Shown here: positions 58,464 through 64,000 of the stretch, piece by piece
Position numbering within the stretch: the first letter of the stretch is position 1
Layout: each line of letters begins with the position of its first letter
Source of the DNA: Nitrospirales bacterium
GTDB taxonomy: Bacteria; Nitrospirota; Nitrospiria; Nitrospirales; UBA8639
Reading direction: 5' to 3'
Length of the DNA: 64,000 nucleotides
NCBI GenBank assembly: GCA_965203295.1
Contig: CBDBCZ010000014.1
Location: 640,001 to 704,000, forward strand
Translations under genes and position numbers: made by a program
The notes under the pieces: model-generated
The model's input: the letters and a program-made list of their open reading frames with translations, nothing else
The model's database searches: none
Told to the model about the DNA's origin: nothing

Positions 58464-61400
58464 TTACCATTCAGTAGTATTCATTTATTACGTAAACAAA
58501 AAACACGTCAACGAACATGAAAACACGCATGGAAAACATGAAAACAAAATAGTAGTATAAACACCTTTATACTCCTCTCTGTAGCCAATGAATTTCTCCA
58601 AAAGTGATGTAATGTGATATACCATAAACTCTGGAGTACAAGTACAGGTACTTCTATTTGAAGATTGCGCATTTTCGTGGTACAGATTATGTGGGGTACT
58701 TATAATCATGGGGTACTTTTCAACGAGGTTAAATATATGGTAGTGCAACAGTATGCACATTACACCTTGTAGTTTTGGTTTTAACAGTCACTTTTGTGTT
58801 TTCTTGACTTCACTGTACCTCTGTGATTGTCATACCAATGGTCTTACATGTGAGCGGTCTTTCTTTGCACTGAAGTGTATACTTGCGAGGCAGTTCTATG
58901 ACCCCCCCCCCCCCCCCCCCCACCAACAGCCCATATGCCTTCTGATGCAGACCTAGGTGGACCCAATACCGTCCTCACTATTCATGCTTAACTAGTTACA
59001 CATGCACGGTTTATGCATCCCAGTTTACTTAGTAGTCTGATGGGTACTTACATTCATTGGGTACTTTTATTTGCATGGGTACTACTATTCAAGAAGTGGA
59101 TAGCAACTGGGTTCATGGGTACTTATATTCATAGGGTACTTGTATTTGATGGGTACTTATACTCCAGAGTTTATGGTAACTGCGTTTACACTCCTCGTAG
59201 ACGTGGTATATCCTATACTTATAAGGCTAAACAAACTTTCATCACAGCCTCTAGCTACCAGGGGGAATAGAGAGGAACCAAATTCCCAATTTTATTTCCA
59301 CCTCTAATTAATTGTACACATTACTTTTCTTGTCTTTGCCTTTAGTGATTGCTGTGGAGCAGCCACAGCCCACTTTGAGATAGCACTTCAATAGTCGTGA
59401 CAAATGGTTTTATTCCAAATTTAATGTGTCGGTTTTAATACATCATGTTGGCCATAGGTTTTGTAACCTGGTAACACAAAGACAAGTTAGGTATTCCTAG
59501 CTAATTGAAAATCTGTCTCTTTACTGCAAAAATACCGACAGCACAGCCTCTAACTACCGGAGAGAATGGAGAGGAATCAGCTTCCAATTTAATATCCCAC
59601 TCTAATTAATGGCACACATTACTTTTTTGTGTTTGCACAATGTAACTGTAGAGATTGCACTCATGTTAACACAATGATTCTTTAGGGAAAGTAGACTGGA
59701 CAAAATATAAGAACAAGCAAGTTATACAGTAAACAATCGCAGTAAGCTGTTTCAGAAGGAACCGCATAAGGTACAATACCCTGACAGCCCGCTTTGAAAT
59801 CACACAAAGTCAGGCAAGGTATTCCTAGCTAATTGGGAATCTGTTTCTTTATTGCAAAGATACCAACAGCACAGCTTCTAGCTACCAGAGAGAATGGAGA
59901 GGAACCAGCTTCCCAATTTCATCCCCCACTCTAATAAATTGTACACTTGTGATTGCAAAATGTTACTTCAGGAATTGCAGGTACGAAACATAGGAAAAAT
60001 TAGTCACACAGAACACAACTTCAATATAAAACCGTGGAATGAACCATCTAAAAAGCACTGTAGTAACCGTGCCTTATATTGACAAGAAAAATTATAGACG
60101 ACTGTCAACATTAACGAGAAGCATCTTGAGGAGGAGTAGATCGTTATAAGGCTAAACGAACTTTCATTACAGCCTCTAGCTACCTAGGAGAATGGAGAGG
60201 AACCAAATTCCCAATTTCATTTCCAACTCTAATTAATTGTACACATTACCTTTCTTGTGTTTGCCATTAGTGATTGCTAAAATGCAACATAGGTGGGAGA
60301 TAATTAGTCACACAGAACACAACTTCAATAAGCAAAGTGGAATGAGCCATTAATAATCAACAGTTGAAGAAACGTCTAATAAGGAACCGTGTCTTGTACT
60401 GATAGCCAACTTTGAGATCAGTGTATTCCTAGCAGAGAGCATTGGAGCAGTTAGTGCTTCCCAAATAATTGCCTACTCTGGTAAGTGCATACTTTACTCT
60501 CCACATGTGAACACAATGATTCTTTAGGGAAAGAAGACAGGATAAATGTGAAAACAAACCAAATTATATGCAGTACAAAATCGAAATACGCTGCTCTAGA
60601 TGGAACCGTGTAAGGAACCAAGTCAGGAACACTACCCCTGACAGCCCACTTTGAGATAGCACTTCAATACCTGAAGAAGGGTGGACACCAAAAGCCACAA
60701 CCTCTCTCTACCAGAGAGAATTGGAGCAGCTACTGCTTCCTAATTTCATCCCCGCCCTACATCTATTACTTTTCATATGTTCTCACAATGATCTGCTAGA
60801 GATATTCAGTACAAACAATAGGTGGTAAACAACTAGTAAATTAATACAGTATACAACATCAGCAAGCAACTCTAGAAAGAACCGTGTAAGGATTCGTACC
60901 ACTAAGAGCCCACTCCGTGAAATATTGTATTTGAAGAATTGAAGTGAGGATATTCCTTTGCACAACTAATAGGAAATCAGTCCTTGCATTTTGAAGATGC
61001 TAAGAGCCACACTCTCTAGCTACCAGGGAGAAAAAATAATTGACTGCTTCCCAAACACATCCCAGCTCTAATTTAACGTTCATAGTTCTCCTTTAAAAGA
61101 CAGCAGACAGAACAAAATGTGAAAATAGACAAACTATGCAGTACCTAATCGCGGCAAGCAGCTCTAGAAGGAATCATGTAAGCAACCATGTACAGTAAAA
61201 AAATGCAGAAAAAAGTGGAATTTCCTGAAACGTGTTACAAGGAAATTTGACAGAAAATCTGGTATTTCAGGTACAATTTAAGGTAGTATAGGATAGGGCA
61301 GAATTTCATGATTTTAAAGGAAATTCTACCCTATCCTATACTGTCCTGTACCTAAACTGCCAGATTTCCTGTCAAATTTCCCTGTAACGCATTCCACTTT

Positions 61401-64000
61401 ATTTCTGCATGCGCGCGGCACCCCTGACAGCCCACGTTGAGATCACACAAAGTCAGGAAAGGTACGCATTCCTAGCTAATTGGGAATCTGTCTCTGTATT
61501 CCAGAGATACCAAAAGCCACAGCCTCTAGCTACCAGAGAGAGAGGAAAAGTAACAGCTTCCCCACTCTAAGTAAGCATATACGTACACACTCCTTATCTC
61601 ATGCAGTTAATTCAGAGAGTGAGAAACAATTATGGTCTATGTAGTTATATCTCTAGAGATTACAACTTTAGTAAGCAACGCATGGTTAAACTCAAATCTT
61701 GTAAGAAAATGTCCTACATACTGACAGCCCCCTTTCACATCGCACTAGAAGAATAATTAAACTAAAGATGGGAATCCGTCTCAGTACTATATAAATACCA
61801 AGAGCCACATTTCTGGGATTATAGTTTACACCAGGATAAACAGTCTGAAAATAACCTTGGCTTAGAGGTTGAGTGCTTCTGTATATATGTCTGTTGAACA
61901 GGCAACCTTGGTACAATGTCACTGCTTCATAGAAATCCCTCTTAGGTTATAATAGCTACCCTCATTATTGGCCAGGAATATGTATAAGAGCAACCGAAAA
62001 GTGATTACTAAGAAATAGCGACATTGCACCTCAGGGTGCCTGCTTGCCGGACATACATCACCCTCTAAGCCTACAGTACAACATTGCTTACTAATGAAAG
62101 TCTATAACTATTGTAGCTCACCTATATTTTGTACCTGCATACAATCTCTGAATTAAGTTAAACATTATGCGAGTAAGAAAAGTATGCTATACTAGAGTGT
62201 GGAATGAAATTGGGAAGCTGTTACCTCTCCATTTTCTCTGGTAGCTAGAGGCTGTGGCTCTTCACTCTTAGAAATAAAGTGGTCAAAACACACTTATTTA
62301 GGTTGGTGGTAGGGTGTCACACAGCACACCAGGTCACCTGTTTTTAGGTTGTGTGTGAGTCTCAGAGTGGGTGAACATTCAATAACTCCTGTTCTGTAAA
62401 ATTTCATAACATCAATTGTGTTCTGTGTGACTAATATCCCCCCACCTATGTTTTGTGTCTGCAATCTCTGAAGTAACAATGTGCAAACACAAGAAAAGTA
62501 ATGTTTAATTCAAGTACGATATCTCCGGGTGGGCTGTCAGAAGTATGGTTTCTTACACGGTTCCTTCTACAATTGCTAACTGAAGTGATATGTTTTGCAT
62601 ACTGTCTGTACATGATGGTTGTGTTTACACAAGAAAAGTTATGTGTGTGCTTATCAATTAGAGTGGGGAATTATTTTGGAAGTAGTAACTGCTTCAAGTA
62701 TCTCTTGTAGTTAGCGGTTGCGGCATTATTTGTTGATTCTCACATTTTGTTATGTCATTCTGCTGTCTGTAAGGAACTATTGCATGAACAAAAGTGAAGT
62801 AATGTGTTCTGTGTGCACATTATCAGCGTGAAGATTTAAATAGGAAGCTGTTACTATTCTTCAGGTACGATTAATTTAGAGGCTTCACAGTAATCACTTT
62901 TCAAAGTTGTGTGTTTTATAAGACTGGCAAATAGGAACCCTTGGGATGTATAGAAATTTCTATACCCTCAAGAACCATACTCTTTCATACCCTTGGAAAA
63001 TTATGCTATTATGTTTTAAACCAGTCCTAATAGTCAGGAAACAGCTTTGATTTAGAGGTTGAGTACTTTTTAAGTACGGCGAACAGGCTTCCATACTTAT
63101 GTGAAACAGAATGTACAATTACAGCAAATCCAGTGAACAGGATCCTTGACTGTTTCACAGTACTAAGGGAGCCAGTTCGTTGTATTTACAAAAGTACTCA
63201 ACATCTAAGCCTGACTATTAGGATTTACGGTATTCCATTGTATAACTAATTGGGAATTGGTACTGAACACTTTACATTTTTGAGAGTAGCTACTTGAGAA
63301 TAATTACTGTCATTTGTGTCACTTGTTGTTGTTAATTCACAGTAAAAGTACACGCATGTCACATATCACTGCTAGGAAGCAAGCGCTCACTCAGGCTCGC
63401 CCTAAGATGCCCTGCATCTCCCTAGTACTGCGTCCAATTGCAGTAAGCAACGTCTGAAGAAACCATGTACAGAACCCTACCCCTGACAGCCCACTTTGAG
63501 ATCACACAAAGACAGGGAAGGTATAGTCCTGGCTAATTGGAAATCTGTCTCTGTGCTTCAAAAATACCAAAAGCTTCAACTTCTAAAACAAGTGACAATT
63601 AGATAAGTGATTGCTACTGCGTTAATATTTAACAAACAATGCAGTGTATGACAGTGGTAAGCAACCCTAGAAGGAACTGTGTAAGGAACCAAGACAAATC
63701 ATGAAAGCAAGATGAGATTTTGGGCATTTCTTAGTCTTGAGAGGGGTATATTGATTACAGAGACAGTGAAAAACAGAATTCTATATGAAGCACTGCTAAA
63801 TGGTTGGTAGCTCGGCAGAGATTTAGAAATGAAGTGCAGGAGAGTAAAGCAGGAAAGGAACAGAGCAAGCAGCTCAGATCGATCTAGAGTCAGTAGTGGT
63901 GCTGAGCATAGTTTGGAAGCTCCAGAAGAAAGAGGAGGCAAGATGATTGACGAGGAAGAAATGAGCAAAGAATGTTTCATACTCACCCTCCATGCTTAGA
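58464..64000 (+). repeat. Direct copy of 795-947 plus 7070-12470 lacking the BEL element; runs off the window end
   Basis: Near-identical sequence at ~51.5-kb offset; positions 1-162 also match 50688-50849. Confidence 0.96.

Noticed and set aside
58464..58470. ATG start of the 512-aa RT ORF
   Set aside because: The ATG lies in flanking DNA shared with ~795-801; the element is 5'-truncated at the start of the RT domain.

Overview
Intron-containing animal genomic DNA (probably a marine invertebrate; sponge-like small repeats, which is only an inference). It is a heavily rearranged, transposon-rich duplication locus. It holds a young intact BEL/Pao LTR retrotransposon (948-7064) whose empty site is also in the window (58612). 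A ~20-kb inverted duplication (arms 8670-29246 and 31524-50063) carries damaged CDC50/TMEM30 and CEP78 genes in both arms. A direct repeat with ~51.5-kb offset is also present. The whole second arm lies between the two TIRs of a Ginger-type DNA transposon with an intact CCGT target-site duplication. The inserted DNA reads as slightly more than one turn of a circle of 8575-29246. Arm-specific insertions (P-like, Kolobok-like, two Helitron/Helentron-like) have empty sites visible in the sister arm. Also present are 24- and 51-bp P-like remnants with TSDs, a U12-type intron in CDC50, a MULE-SWIM-Ulp1-PHD transposon, a Crypton recombinase fragment, a truncated CRE-like non-LTR element, MITEs and a diverged satellite. 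All family calls come from motif recognition, not database searches.
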